From positions 1 through 64,000 of the forward strand of contig OZ287723.1 in the NCBI GenBank assembly GCA_965649825.1: a stretch of DNA of 64,000 nucleotides. Direction: 5' to 3'. A model generated the notes under the pieces. It saw only the letters and a list, made by a program, of their open reading frames with translations, had not been told where the DNA came from and ran no database searches. The first letter of the stretch is position 1. Each line of letters begins with the position of its first letter. Made by a program: the position numbers and the translations under genes. The DNA comes from Penicillus capitatus (lineage: Eukaryota > Plantae > Chlorophyta). This document shows positions 32,870 to 44,214 of this stretch, piece by piece.

Positions 32870-33669
32870 TTTTTAAGTAAAGACTATATCTTCATCTTTT
32901 TCATTTCAAATAATTGAAAAAGAGTTGCCGTATTATAATCATCGTTACTTTTAATACGAATAAGGATGGATGACTATCTTGTATTTAACTAATTTAAATA
33001 CAAAGTCGTTACGGGGTCAAACTATTTTTTATATAATTTATGTGGAAAAAAACGGGGAATTAAATCCATTTGAGTAATGAGAATTCGAAATTTACTATAT
33101 TGGCTTCCATCAATAACTAAAATCCATTTAGATATCCCTGCTCGTAAAATTTTTGTGTTTATATTGAATTGATTTTTGAATAATTGTTTTAATAGCAATC
33201 TTTCTTCTGGAGTCCAATATGTTACTTCAAATTTTATGCTACGTTGTTTATTTATTTTGGTGCCGTTCCCAGCAAACCATAAAGTTACAAAAGGAATACT
33301 AAAAAAACAAGCTATGGTTGATGGTAAACTTTTTCGTTTTCCACCTCCTATCGGCTTATACCACATATTTCGAAAACTTTTACAAATATCTAGAGTTTGA
33401 AAACTATTTCGTAAAGATATTTGCAATTTTTCATAAAGCCATTTAACAAATAGGCGTTTTTGCTTATTGCTTTGGTCTGCTCCACCGTTGGACATGATAT
33501 AACCATGAAGAATATCTCGTAACTCCCGTGATATTCGAATATTAAGCTTTTTCCACTTTTTTTGTTTCATCAACTTTGTTGACTTCCCTCGGGGTCACCG
33601 CTTTTCAGGGTTTCACCGATATGAGGCAAATTTTTCTCGCAAATCACTTTGCGGGGTCGCGAGACATTC
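32870..33669 (-). mobile_element. Group I intron at L2596 (E. coli numbering), IA-like, with HEG; apparent 3'-terminal A
   Basis: Splits CGTCGT|GAGACAG; P7 elements CGTAACGACT and AAGATATAGTC; IGS GTCTCGCGAC complementary to the ligated exons. Confidence 0.88.
33022..33573 (-). CDS. Degenerate double-motif LAGLIDADG homing endonuclease/maturase
   Basis: ILHGYIMSNG and TLWFAGNG motifs, FVKWLYEKL, and E..LLKQLFKNQFNI; inside the rrl intron. Confidence 0.78.
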   Translation of the reverse strand: MMKQKKWKKLNIRISRELRDILHGYIMSNGGADQSNKQKRLFVKWLYEKLQISLRNSFQTLDICKSFRNMWYKPIGGGKRKSLPSTIACFFSIPFVTLWFAGNGTKINKQRSIKFEVTYWTPEERLLLKQLFKNQFNINTKILRAGISKWILVIDGSQYSKFRILITQMDLIPRFFPHKLYKK

Positions 33670-33681
33670 ACGACGTTCTGA

Positions 33682-33902
33682 CAAAAAATAATCCACATTT
33701 TTCGATGTGGTTCGGACTATATCTTCAATTAGGTGGTTATTATACTAATTGTTTAACATATAGTCTCTGGGGATCCTATTTTGTTTCCTGCAGATTGTCT
33801 CCATGTAAGCACTATTTTTACATCCTTTTCTTAAAATGTAAGTGACATTGTTTGAAGATATTCCCGCATATAGTTAAATTTATAAAGTTGAGCTCATAAC
33901 GT
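33682..33902 (-). mobile_element. Group I intron at L2584 (221 nt, no ORF)
   Basis: Splits GAGTTGGGT|TCAGAAC; terminal G; P7 strand GATATAGTCC. Confidence 0.88.
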
Positions 33903-33919
33903 ACCCAACTCATGTTTCA

Positions 33920-33951
<32 letters not shown>

Positions 33952-33994
33952 GTGCTACCGCCCCAGGTTGTGAAAAGTCGACATCGAGGTGCCA

Positions 33995-34027
<33 letters not shown>

Positions 34028-34037
34028 TGAGCCTGTT

Positions 34038-34335
34038 CAAATTGTTATCGTTAAAGCTCTTTATCTTTAACATCTTTATGTTTTCATAAAGTTCAGACTA
34101 TGTCATCAACTTTACTTTTTTGATTACATATCAATTTTTAAAGTTGCTGGGCGCTCGTGGAGTTTTCTAGTTGAAGATCGAAAAAACTCTAGTCGTTGAA
34201 CGTTCTTATTTACTAATATTTATTCTTCTTTCAATAAGCTTCGCTGCAAGTTGACTTATCTCAAAAGACTTAGTTTTCTTGCAATTCACCCAGTTTTTTT
34301 TCAATGTGTTATCACAAAGGGGGACAAATATATCT
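34038..34335 (-). mobile_element. Group I intron at L2449 (298 nt, no ORF)
   Basis: Splits GGGGAT|AACAGGC; terminal G; GACATAGTCTG. Confidence 0.9.
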
Positions 34336-34524
34336 ATCCCCGGAGTAACTTTTATCTTTTGTGCGACGGCCCTTCCACGAGGTATACCGTCGGATCATTA
34401 AGACCGGCTTTCGCCTCTGCTTGACTTATAAGTCTTGCAGTCAAGCTTCCTTTTGCCTTTATACTCAAAAACTGATTTCCGTCCAGTTTGAGAAAACCTT
34501 TGTAAACCTCCGTTACTTTTTAGG

Positions 34525-34834
34525 CAATTAATTTTCTTAAGTTTTAGTTTTTTTTCTTAAGCTCTTTCTGTTTCCAGACAGTTTAGACTCTATCTTTTTC
34601 TATTTCTAGAAATCGAGCGTATAGTCGTTGAGGGATCAATATATTTTATTTTGACTTCCCTGCTGATTGTCCGCTCCCGATGTTTTTTATTGATTCTTAA
34701 AGGAATCAATATCATCGATATTTCATTCTTTTATCCTGCAAACGTAACGATATTTGGGGACTTAGACACGGAAGTTCCAGCATATAGCTCGAAGTTTATT
34801 TATATATTGCTATATAAAGACCCCCACAAAATTT
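34525..34834 (-). mobile_element. Group I intron at L2262/2263 (310 nt, no ORF)
   Basis: Splits GGGGCGAAAACCT|CCTAAAAAGTAACGG; terminal G. Confidence 0.85.
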
Positions 34835-35151
34835 AGGTTTTCGCCCCAAAAAAACTGCCCACCTGACACTGTCAAGTGTCCTGCTGAAAAGGAAACACTT
34901 TTAGAATTCTCGTTGTTCAAGGGTGGTCTCTCAAAAATGGCTCAATTAAATCCACAAACCTAATTTCTCAGCCTCCCACCTAGACTGCGCAAAAACAATT
35001 GGAAACCAATATCAAGATACAGTCAAGCTTCCGGGGTCTTTCTGTCTTACTATTAGAAGTTCGCATCTTCACGAACATGTCTATTTCACCGAGCCTCTCT
35101 CCGAGACAGTACTCTTTTGATTACGCCTTTCGTGCGGGTCACAACTTACGT

Positions 35152-35182
<31 letters not shown>

Positions 35183-37167
35183 GAGTTACGGCCGCCGTTC
35201 ACCGGGGCTTCAGTTATCAGCAAAAATTTAACCAATTTCTTTAACCTTACGGCACTGGGCAGGCGTCAGCTCCCATACATTGTCTTACGACTTTGCGGAA
35301 ACTTATGTTTTTGATAAACAGTTCAAAGAATCATTTCACTGCGACCTCTACTATTTCTAGAGGTACCCCTTCTCCCGAAGTTACGGAGCTATTTTGCCGA
35401 GTTCCTTAGAGAGAGTTCCCTCGCGCCCCTTAGTATACTCAACCGACCTACCTGTGTTGGTTTAAGGTACAGGTTATTTAAATTATACGGTGTCTCAAAC
35501 TTTTCTTGGAAATTTGACAAAACTCTAATTAACAATTGTCCCAATTGTATTATATTGTGTCAAAAGAGAAACTGTTGGTTTATGCCTTCATACTAAATAG
35601 CTAAAATTTTTTTTTTTTAACCATATGTTGGACATTTCCATTACAACCATTAGTAATTACTTAGGTATTGCCTTTTTCGTGATTTGTCACCAAATTCAAA
35701 TAAGTACAGGAATATTGACCTGTTTTCCATCGATTACGCTTTTCGGCCTTATCTTAGGTCCTGACTAACCCTCCAGGGACGAACCTTGTAGAGGAAACCT
35801 TAGGTTTTCGGGGCATTGGATTCTCACCAATGTTTTCGTTACTCAAGCCGACATTCTCACTTCTGTTTGATCCAATCTCTTTTTCAATGAGTCTTCACCT
35901 CTAAAAACAGAACGCTCCCCTACCGAGACTTTTTTAATTTTAAATAAAAAAAATTAAAAAAGTCTCTCATAGCTTCGGCAAATAGCTTAGTCCCTTACAT
36001 TTTCGGTGCATCTACGCTGTTTTACCAGTGAGCTATTACGCATTCTTTAAAGGATAGCTGCTTCTAAGCGAACCTTCTGGCTGTTTTTGCGTTGAAACTT
36101 CCTTTACCACTTAGCTATTATTTAGGGGCCTTAGCTGATGATCTGGGCTGTTTCCCTTTTGACTTTGGAGCTTATCCCCCAAAGTCTCACAAATTCCCGG
36201 CAAACTTCTATTAAGCATTCGGAGTTTGTGACAGTTTGTTACCATTTAATTGGCTCGTACCGAAACAGTGCTCTACCTCTTAATAGTGCATCGACAATTG
36301 CTGCGCCTAAACGCATTTCGGGGAGAACCAGCTAGCTCCGAGTTCGATTGGCATTTCACCGCTAACCACAACTCATCCGTCGATTTTTCAACATCGGTCG
36401 GTTCGGACATCCACTAAGTCTTACCTTAGTTTCTTCCTGGTCATGGTTAGATCACTCGGGTTCGGGTCTATAATTTATGACATTTTCAACGCCTTTTTAG
36501 ACTTGTTTTCACTTTGGCTACAGAAAATTTCTTTAACCATGCCAAAAACTATAAGTCGCCGGCTCATTCTTCAACAGGCATGCGGTCAATAGTTCTCCCA
36601 CAGATTGATTGCTCTAGGTTTTACAATCTATTTCACTCCCCTCTAGGGGTTCTTTTTCACCTTTCCCTCACGGTACTTTTCGCTATCAGTGACTCAAGAG
36701 TATTTAGTCTTACGAGGTGGTCCTCGTAGATTCACAAGGGATTTCACGTGTCCCAAGCTACTCGGGATATTGTTCTTAAAGATTGAAAACTGGACTTTCA
36801 CCATCTATGGTACAGGTTTCAGCTGCTTAAACTCTCTTTTTTTTTTGAACTTCCCACAACCCTGAATTAATCAGTTTAGACTAATTCCGTTTCGCTCGCC
36901 GCTACTCAGGAAATCGCGTTTGCCTTTTTTTCCTTTAGTTAATAAGATGTTTCAATTCACTAAGTTATTTCTTACTGATTTATGAATTTTTTCAGTAGTT
37001 TTAAAGATTGCTCTATTAGGGAACTTCTAGATCAATGTTCTGTCCAACTTTCTAGAAATTATCGCAGGTTTACACGCCCTTCATCATCTTTGAGTCCTTA
37101 GGTATTCACCTAAAGCATTATATTCTTTTTGATTCAAATAAATAATTTCGACACACGATATTCTATC

Positions 37168-37185
37168 AATCCAGTCAGCCTTTCT
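37168..37185 (-). promoter_or_regulatory. 18-nt motif AGAAAGGCTGACTGGATT upstream of rrl (copy 2)
   Basis: Exact match to 9192-9209 at a similar distance from the rRNA 5' end. Confidence 0.6.
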
Positions 37186-37271
37186 AATTTAGATTTACTA
37201 AATTACTTTTTGATTTGACAAAAAAAATTATTTATGTTGAAATAATTTAACAAAAGTCAATTTTTACTTTT

Positions 37272-40200
37272 ATGATTAAAAAAAAAATTTTGTTGATCTT
37301 AAATGAGATTTTCAGAATAATGCATTTTTTTCGAAGACCTTTCGCTATAATAGGGGTCCGCACCGCTCGACAAATTAAAAAAGTTTCTATTTTTTTAAGT
37401 TTTTTTATATTATCGATTGAAATTTTGCAAATAAATTTCCAAAATCAAAAATTTGTTGTTTTTAAACATTATCCTATTTTATCTGAAAAAAAAATTTCAC
37501 AAAAATTTGAAACGTTCTTTTTAAAATCAACTAAAGATCCTACAATATATTCAGAATACGTTAACGCAAGAAACGAGATATACAACAAAACCTATCAGAA
37601 CCTTTCTGAAAAAAAAAAAAATTTAATTGATTTTTATGACTATTTAGATTATCGCTCAGAAAGAGTTGATGATAGTTATTACGAACATCCTCAAACTCTT
37701 GATCAAATTCAAAATTTGTATAAAAAAAACGAAGTTCTAAATATATATAAAAATTTTGAACAAATAAATTTAATGTTAAATGCTGAGCTTACTCAACAAC
37801 AAGAGGAAATGTTTAATATTTTAAGATTGCAGTACCAAAACGAGGAAGACGAACTTCTTATTAATTGGTATATAGATGTACCTTATCTACATTGGTCTGT
37901 TGCTGAAAGAAATTTTAATCAAAAAGAATATATCGACTTATTGAATTGGAGATTTAAGAACAAAGATCTTGTAATCCGAGACTTAAAAAAAGAAAATTCT
38001 TTAGATAAAATGCATACGGTTTTAAAAAAACTTTATCCTCAATATCAAAAATTGATACAAACAAATGTAGACGAAGAATTTCATGAAACCGATATGCACA
38101 GAATCTTTTTGTTTACTAAACAGAGACAAAGAGGATTGAGGATTAAAGATGAGAAATATAAAATACAACAAAATAAAATTTTTATAGAAACAGAATTTAT
38201 AACATCACCTCCACCATCTCCAATCGAAAAACTTTATCCAATTGATTTAGTTTTATTTATAATTTGGTCAAGAATGTGGGATATAATTTGGGGAAGAATT
38301 GGGTACATAATATGGGAAATTATTCTCGATTTCCTTTTTACTACTATATATCAAGAAAAAATAATTAAACAACTTGAAGAACAAGAATTAAAAGAAATCG
38401 AAGATTACAAACAACAAGTAAAACAAATAAGGGCGGAAAGAAAAAAAGAAAGCGACGAATTAGAAAAAATGGATAATGATCTAATCTATTCGCTTCGGTT
38501 ACAACGAGATATAGATGCCCAATATTCATATGTTCAACTTTCAACACCAAGCTTTCTAGAAACAGAAACATTTTTTGACAAGCGTGGTAGAAAAATTTGG
38601 CGACCACGACCAAAATCACTAATAGAAGAATACGGCGACCGATTCTCCCTATATTGTCGATACCCTCGAGATTCCTCAATGCTCTTAAATCCAACCTACA
38701 CAATACCATCATACACACTAACACACAGTCCATATTATAAAATAGAAAATCTCTATAAGCTTCCATATTTAGTTATTTCCGTAGCTGAATCTGAAGATAG
38801 AAAACAAAATCCTTGGAAATTTTTTAACGAGCTTAAAGCAAGACAAATCCGCGAGAGAGAATTGAGATTTTTGCAAATAACATTAAAGAGCTTCAGAAAA
38901 GATGAACTTGATAAAAAATATCCAATTCCAAAATTTAGAGCGACTCCAAAAAAAAAGAAAAAACAAAAAGAACGGTTTTGTTTGGAGGGTCGGCATCACT
39001 ACAAAATTATTAAGAAATTTAAATCACAAATACCGCCTTCAATAACAAAACTCGAGCAAAGAGCTATCAAAAACAAAAAAACCCTTTTTGAAGATGAGTT
39101 ACTAAACGAAGAAGCTGCGAATTGGGACTATTACATTAAAAAACTAGAAGACCAAATACCGTATAAACTACAAGGATTCGAAAAAGTCGAGTTACCAATA
39201 CTTTCAAAACCAAATTCTCCAGGAGACAGGTTGTTAAGTACAGCTTTCAATGTATATAGATTGCAAGAATATGAAATTCAAAATTATTCTAAAAGCAAGC
39301 TAGAGCAGGGATTAAAAAAACTTGCCTCACTGCATCTAGAAGCTCCAAAAACTTATTCAGAGTATTGTAAAATGAAAAACGAAAAAATCAATTTTTATGT
39401 GTGTTTCAATAATATAAATTTGATATTCGATCAAATTAGCGACATAAGAAATTATAAAACCTTCTATAAATTCTTAGAAACACTAGTCGAAGTAATGAAT
39501 CTGAAACAATTTAAACCTTTTTTTAAACCATTAAAAAAATCTACTTATACAAAATATAAAAAATTCGAACTTCAAAATTTAGTTCGTAATAGAAAATTCA
39601 TGAAAAATAAGCTTCCACTAGTGTATTTGTTGCCAATATCAAAAGAAAAATACAAACCCGAGTACAATTCTCGTAAAGCAGCTAGTAAATATAAAAAAGA
39701 ACGAAAAGAATATATTAAATTAGCAGGTCCACAAATTATTGATAACAAAACTGACTTTACAGTAGAATTCTTCGGACAATACATAACTTTAGACTTAAAC
39801 GAATATTTAGTTTTTCAAGAGTGGCGGGAAAAAACGAATCGAATAAAATTCTCAAGATTATTCTTGTCTGATAAAAAAATATCTCCTGTTTTCGAACAAA
39901 CATTAGAAAAACCTCATTTAAATATGCTGGTAAATGCAGAAGATTATTTATTAGAATTGATTTTTGATGTATTAGACATGGATACAATAAACCTTAAACT
40001 TGAGCAAATAAACGAAATCCTTAGCATTCTAACAATGTTGCCTTCTAAATATAAACCCTATAAATATAAAATGGGGAAAAAAACAAAATATAAACTTGAA
40101 TCTAGAGTTACAAAACCGTTAGCGACCCTTTTTCCAGAAAATGAAAAAAACAACAATCAAGAAGATAAAAGGGATTTATGTATTTATCCTTCGAAAATTA

Positions 40201-43200
40201 TTTCGTTTATTTTAAACTTTTTAAATTTCCGAAAATATCAAAGAGAGTTATTTTTTGAAAGAATTAGTCCATTTTTAGAAACGAAAAAGGATTCTACGAA
40301 GCACGAATCTTTAATAAATTATCATATATGTGACTCGTTGCAAAACAGGTTTAATTGTATTAAATTTATAAATCTTCAAGCTGAAGGTCAAATATTCCTA
40401 AAGGCAAATACTTCTTTAGCTTTCAAAAAATTTTACAAATATAATTATTTATTTGGACCAATTAATAAAATTCCAAATTATTTTTTACTAATTGAAAATA
40501 ATTTATTATTCAAAGAGGTAAATTTCAAAATTTATTTAAAATTTTTGTTAAAAAGTCAGCAAGTATTAATTAATATTTGTCAGATTATTTTATTCAACTT
40601 AAATAAATATAACAATGAAAAATTTCAAATTCAATTTATAAAGAATATACCATTTGAAAAAATTCATCAATTTTTATTAAATATTAAACAAAAAAATCAA
40701 AAATATGATATTTCAATAAATTCTTTTAGATTTAAACCACAAAATTGGCTATTTTATTCGAATAGGATTAAGTTTCTTAATAAAATTCCAGACGAATTTT
40801 TTGAAATTAATAAAATGATTTATTATTTTATATGGCTTCAAAAATATTTTCTAACAAACGAGTCGTTAGAAAACATAGAGGAAAACTTCATTCAATATTT
40901 TGAAGCTTATTTTAAACGGATTCCACCATCGCTGTACATTAATAAATACGATTACTCTCAAGTAAACGATGAAATAATAAGCTTTAAACGGAAATTGCCT
41001 CGTATACTTGAAGTATTCGAATTTCCATTATATATTCTTTCAAATTCTTTTCGTACTAAAGCTAACAATTACCCTTATAAACTTACAAACGTAGATAACC
41101 TCAATAGAATGCTTGACCCAATTAAGGGTAGAAATCAAAAAACACTTAAAAATCAATATAATTTAACTATTGAAAACTTTAAGGATGAAATTCCATTTCA
41201 ATTCAATCAGAATGATTTTTTAAATGATAAAACTGAAGACGCAAACTATTTGATGAATATGTATTATGAAGTACTTGGGAAAATGTTTTACGAATTAGAA
41301 AATTTTAGCAAAGAGGAGAAAAAAAATTATCTTTATGAGGATTATTTTCAACAATTTTTTAAAGATAAAATTGTTGCTATTCTTAATTATTATGTAAGGA
41401 CAAACTATTTTACGAAAAAAATACAAACTTTTCCAATTTTCAAAAATTCAGTAGTACGTCAAATGTCAGGTTATTTTTACCCAGATTTTTGGAAAACAAA
41501 AAAGATGAGAAAAATTTTAATAACAAAAATACCTATTGACAATAAAAAGAATATTGAAATATACGATAAGAAAACTAAAAAATTGGAGGTGATAATTTTC
41601 GATGACAGCAAACCTCAATTTCAAATATTTAAAAACTTAGGATTACCTTTTTTTTATCAAATTTTTGAATTAAACGAACCGATTAATCAATACTCATGGT
41701 CAATACTTTTCTTTTTCAGCATCGGATTCTTTGTTATCATTTTATCCAAAAATATTTTTAAAAAGTACGCTAAAGAAGTTTTAGAATCAGGTATAAATTT
41801 ATTATACTATTCAGGACTGTTACGCGATCAGGAATGGGCTAAACAGGAAGTTAAAATAACGACACGAATAACAAAAGGATATCGCGACCTTTATAAAATT
41901 AAGAAGACAAAATTAACAAGTCTTCGAGGTTTAAAATCTATTATTTTACGTTTGAGTGAAATGATATACTTTTTAAAACAAGCAAGTTTTATAAAATTGA
42001 CTAATGACCCTTTGCTTAATTATTGCGTATTTTATAATGAACACCACGTCAAACGGGATAAATTTTACTTAAATTATTCAAAACCGAAAGGATTTTTATT
42101 TAATGGAGCTCCAGGTACCGGAAAAACATTTCTTGTTCAAGCCATTGTAGGAGAATCGAAAGTACCTGTAGTAACACAATCTGGTGGTTTAATGAAAAAT
42201 CCACGATTACGTGGTAAAGGGGCTCAAACTATTCACAAACTTTTCATAAGAGCACGTGCAATTGCTCCTTGTCTTATTTTTATAGATGAATTAGATGGCA
42301 TTGGAATTCGTCGTTATACAAAAAAAGTAGCAAATAATTATTCTACGTATGATATTATCCAATTTCTTGAAAGTGTTGAAACAAACGCCTTTCCTCCTGA
42401 AATTTTAAACCTAAAAATTAAAAGGAAAAAGGAATTTGTTGATGATCGGAGCGAGTATTGGAAAGAACCTGAATTCACACAAACAGTTCAATCATATAAA
42501 AATCCAGTTGATATTTTAGAAGAATTACAATCTATTCGAAAAGCCCGCAATGAACAAATAAATATATTAATACAATTATTAATTGAACTTGATGGAGTCC
42601 ATCCATTAGATAAAATTATAGTTATTGGTGCAACAAATCAAATAGAAATTTTAGATCCAGCATTAATACGTCCCGGAAGACTTCAACTCATTTTCCACTT
42701 TTTTTTACCAGGTTATAATAATCGTATAAAAATATTAAAATTTTATACGAAATCTTCAAGAATTGGGACTAAAAATATTTCTTGGGATTATTTTTCTAAA
42801 CGAACGAATAGATTAAGCTCTGCAGATGTTGCTGCTATTGTTTTTGCTTCAGAATTAATTGCTATTAGAAAGTCTAGAAAACATACATTTGAAACTCTCG
42901 AAAGAGGTATTGAGTTAATTACAAGTTATCCAAGTGACCCACTCCTATTTAGATTGAAAAAGATTTTTATTTATCTTAAAATATTAAAACAAAAATTTTT
43001 TTCTACGAATAATTTTTATTTTTTAAATTCAAATTCAAATTTAAATTTAATCGCTCCTCCTCCCAAAAAGCGAATTATAGTTGAATTATCACATATTATA
43101 AGAAGTACATATTATAATATAGGTAAAATGTTTATTGGGTCTTATTTTCAATATAAACTACAAATGTCGAGTTTCGATCCTTATATAACTCTTTGGGCCC

Positions 43201-44084
43201 GCCCAAAAAATTTCCGTTTTGTTTTTTTCACTAAAAATTTCAATGAATTTGACGACTTTGAAAAAAAAAAAATTCCTAAAAATGAAATTGAAAAAAGATT
43301 TTTAACGTTTTTTGGTGGAAAAGTCGCTGAATCTATTTTTATTTTTTTACCATTACAGAAATTCTCGGCAGAAAATTCTTTTAACTTTAATTCAATTCTT
43401 GTTTCATTCGAGAATATCTTCGAACAATCAGACTTTGAAATTCAAAATGAACTTCAAATAGCCCAAGATCTTCTAAAATTAATTATTAAAAAATGGAATT
43501 TTTATAGCGATAAAATTGCGACTGAAAAGTTTCACCCTATTTTTGAAAATTCAAATTTAGTAGAATATGTTTCCTACCCAACAAGTGAACTTTTCGTATC
43601 CCAAGTATTTATTGATGAAATGATTGTTAATCTTAATATGCGAAATAAACTTTCACTAAATGAACAAAAACGTTCATATAAAACTTGGTGGATAAAAAAA
43701 ACTGCAACACAATTAAATTATATCGAAAATCGTTATCATTTGTTAGAATGGTCTCGCATTTATCTTTCAGATCCACAAAATTCAATTCAAAATATTGAAT
43801 GGGTTTCACCAGATAAGTATTTTAATACTATTTTGCGTACACCTCCTTATTGTATAGCATGGTCGTTGTTTATGGAAAATCGACATTTGATTATTAAAAA
43901 CCTAGTGTCCCTCCAAGCTTTCAATGTAATATTTCGAATAGTGCGTCAATTTTCTGAACTTTTTGATTTTCTTTCGGATTATTTATTACGGACTGAGTAT
44001 TTAACAGAAAATGAATTGGACTCGAAAATTTATCAATTTTACATATTATTTAAAGAGGAATTATTTAAAGAGGAAATTTCATAA
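37272..44084 (+). CDS. ftsH: Giant plastid FtsH (ycf2-like AAA ATPase)
   Basis: PKGFLFNGAPGTGKT, APCLIFIDELDGIG, VIGATN..LDPALIRPGR; chlorophyte-type PINQYSW and VRQMSGYFYPD segments. Confidence 0.92.
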   Translation: MIKKKILLILNEIFRIMHFFRRPFAIIGVRTARQIKKVSIFLSFFILSIEILQINFQNQKFVVFKHYPILSEKKISQKFETFFLKSTKDPTIYSEYVNARNEIYNKTYQNLSEKKKNLIDFYDYLDYRSERVDDSYYEHPQTLDQIQNLYKKNEVLNIYKNFEQINLMLNAELTQQQEEMFNILRLQYQNEEDELLINWYIDVPYLHWSVAERNFNQKEYIDLLNWRFKNKDLVIRDLKKENSLDKMHTVLKKLYPQYQKLIQTNVDEEFHETDMHRIFLFTKQRQRGLRIKDEKYKIQQNKIFIETEFITSPPPSPIEKLYPIDLVLFIIWSRMWDIIWGRIGYIIWEIILDFLFTTIYQEKIIKQLEEQELKEIEDYKQQVKQIRAERKKESDELEKMDNDLIYSLRLQRDIDAQYSYVQLSTPSFLETETFFDKRGRKIWRPRPKSLIEEYGDRFSLYCRYPRDSSMLLNPTYTIPSYTLTHSPYYKIENLYKLPYLVISVAESEDRKQNPWKFFNELKARQIRERELRFLQITLKSFRKDELDKKYPIPKFRATPKKKKKQKERFCLEGRHHYKIIKKFKSQIPPSITKLEQRAIKNKKTLFEDELLNEEAANWDYYIKKLEDQIPYKLQGFEKVELPILSKPNSPGDRLLSTAFNVYRLQEYEIQNYSKSKLEQGLKKLASLHLEAPKTYSEYCKMKNEKINFYVCFNNINLIFDQISDIRNYKTFYKFLETLVEVMNLKQFKPFFKPLKKSTYTKYKKFELQNLVRNRKFMKNKLPLVYLLPISKEKYKPEYNSRKAASKYKKERKEYIKLAGPQIIDNKTDFTVEFFGQYITLDLNEYLVFQEWREKTNRIKFSRLFLSDKKISPVFEQTLEKPHLNMLVNAEDYLLELIFDVLDMDTINLKLEQINEILSILTMLPSKYKPYKYKMGKKTKYKLESRVTKPLATLFPENEKNNNQEDKRDLCIYPSKIISFILNFLNFRKYQRELFFERISPFLETKKDSTKHESLINYHICDSLQNRFNCIKFINLQAEGQIFLKANTSLAFKKFYKYNYLFGPINKIPNYFLLIENNLLFKEVNFKIYLKFLLKSQQVLINICQIILFNLNKYNNEKFQIQFIKNIPFEKIHQFLLNIKQKNQKYDISINSFRFKPQNWLFYSNRIKFLNKIPDEFFEINKMIYYFIWLQKYFLTNESLENIEENFIQYFEAYFKRIPPSLYINKYDYSQVNDEIISFKRKLPRILEVFEFPLYILSNSFRTKANNYPYKLTNVDNLNRMLDPIKGRNQKTLKNQYNLTIENFKDEIPFQFNQNDFLNDKTEDANYLMNMYYEVLGKMFYELENFSKEEKKNYLYEDYFQQFFKDKIVAILNYYVRTNYFTKKIQTFPIFKNSVVRQMSGYFYPDFWKTKKMRKILITKIPIDNKKNIEIYDKKTKKLEVIIFDDSKPQFQIFKNLGLPFFYQIFELNEPINQYSWSILFFFSIGFFVIILSKNIFKKYAKEVLESGINLLYYSGLLRDQEWAKQEVKITTRITKGYRDLYKIKKTKLTSLRGLKSIILRLSEMIYFLKQASFIKLTNDPLLNYCVFYNEHHVKRDKFYLNYSKPKGFLFNGAPGTGKTFLVQAIVGESKVPVVTQSGGLMKNPRLRGKGAQTIHKLFIRARAIAPCLIFIDELDGIGIRRYTKKVANNYSTYDIIQFLESVETNAFPPEILNLKIKRKKEFVDDRSEYWKEPEFTQTVQSYKNPVDILEELQSIRKARNEQINILIQLLIELDGVHPLDKIIVIGATNQIEILDPALIRPGRLQLIFHFFLPGYNNRIKILKFYTKSSRIGTKNISWDYFSKRTNRLSSADVAAIVFASELIAIRKSRKHTFETLERGIELITSYPSDPLLFRLKKIFIYLKILKQKFFSTNNFYFLNSNSNLNLIAPPPKKRIIVELSHIIRSTYYNIGKMFIGSYFQYKLQMSSFDPYITLWARPKNFRFVFFTKNFNEFDDFEKKKIPKNEIEKRFLTFFGGKVAESIFIFLPLQKFSAENSFNFNSILVSFENIFEQSDFEIQNELQIAQDLLKLIIKKWNFYSDKIATEKFHPIFENSNLVEYVSYPTSELFVSQVFIDEMIVNLNMRNKLSLNEQKRSYKTWWIKKTATQLNYIENRYHLLEWSRIYLSDPQNSIQNIEWVSPDKYFNTILRTPPYCIAWSLFMENRHLIIKNLVSLQAFNVIFRIVRQFSELFDFLSDYLLRTEYLTENELDSKIYQFYILFKEELFKEEIS

Positions 44085-44109
44085 ATAAATACTCGACTAT
44101 TTTATTAAA

Positions 44110-44214
44110 ATGCAAGTTAATATTTTAGGCTTAAGTGCGATAACGTTTTTCATTTTCTTTTCAACTGCATTTTTATTAATTTTATTCGTAAAAACAGAAA
44201 GTCAGCGTATTTAG
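44110..44214 (+). CDS. psbM: Photosystem II PsbM
   Basis: MQVNILGLSAITFFIFFSTAFLLILFVKTESQRI. Confidence 0.93.
   Translation: MQVNILGLSAITFFIFFSTAFLLILFVKTESQRI

Larger units (their letters stand above)
32581..37132 (-). rRNA. rrl: 23S rRNA interrupted by four group I introns (ends approximate)
   Basis: Conserved LSU blocks (GGTGAATACCTAAGG, AGTACCGTGAGGGAAAGG, GTAGCGAAATTCCTTGTC, GGATAACAGGC, GAGACAGTTTGGTCC). Confidence 0.98.

Noticed and set aside
38365-38766. 133-aa antisense ORF within ftsH, and other antisense ORFs in psbB, chlI and rbcL
   Set aside because: Opposite-strand shadows of conserved genes with no motifs
37272-44084. 2270-aa FtsH as a novel giant protein
   Set aside because: Greatly expanded ftsH is normal in chlorophyte plastomes
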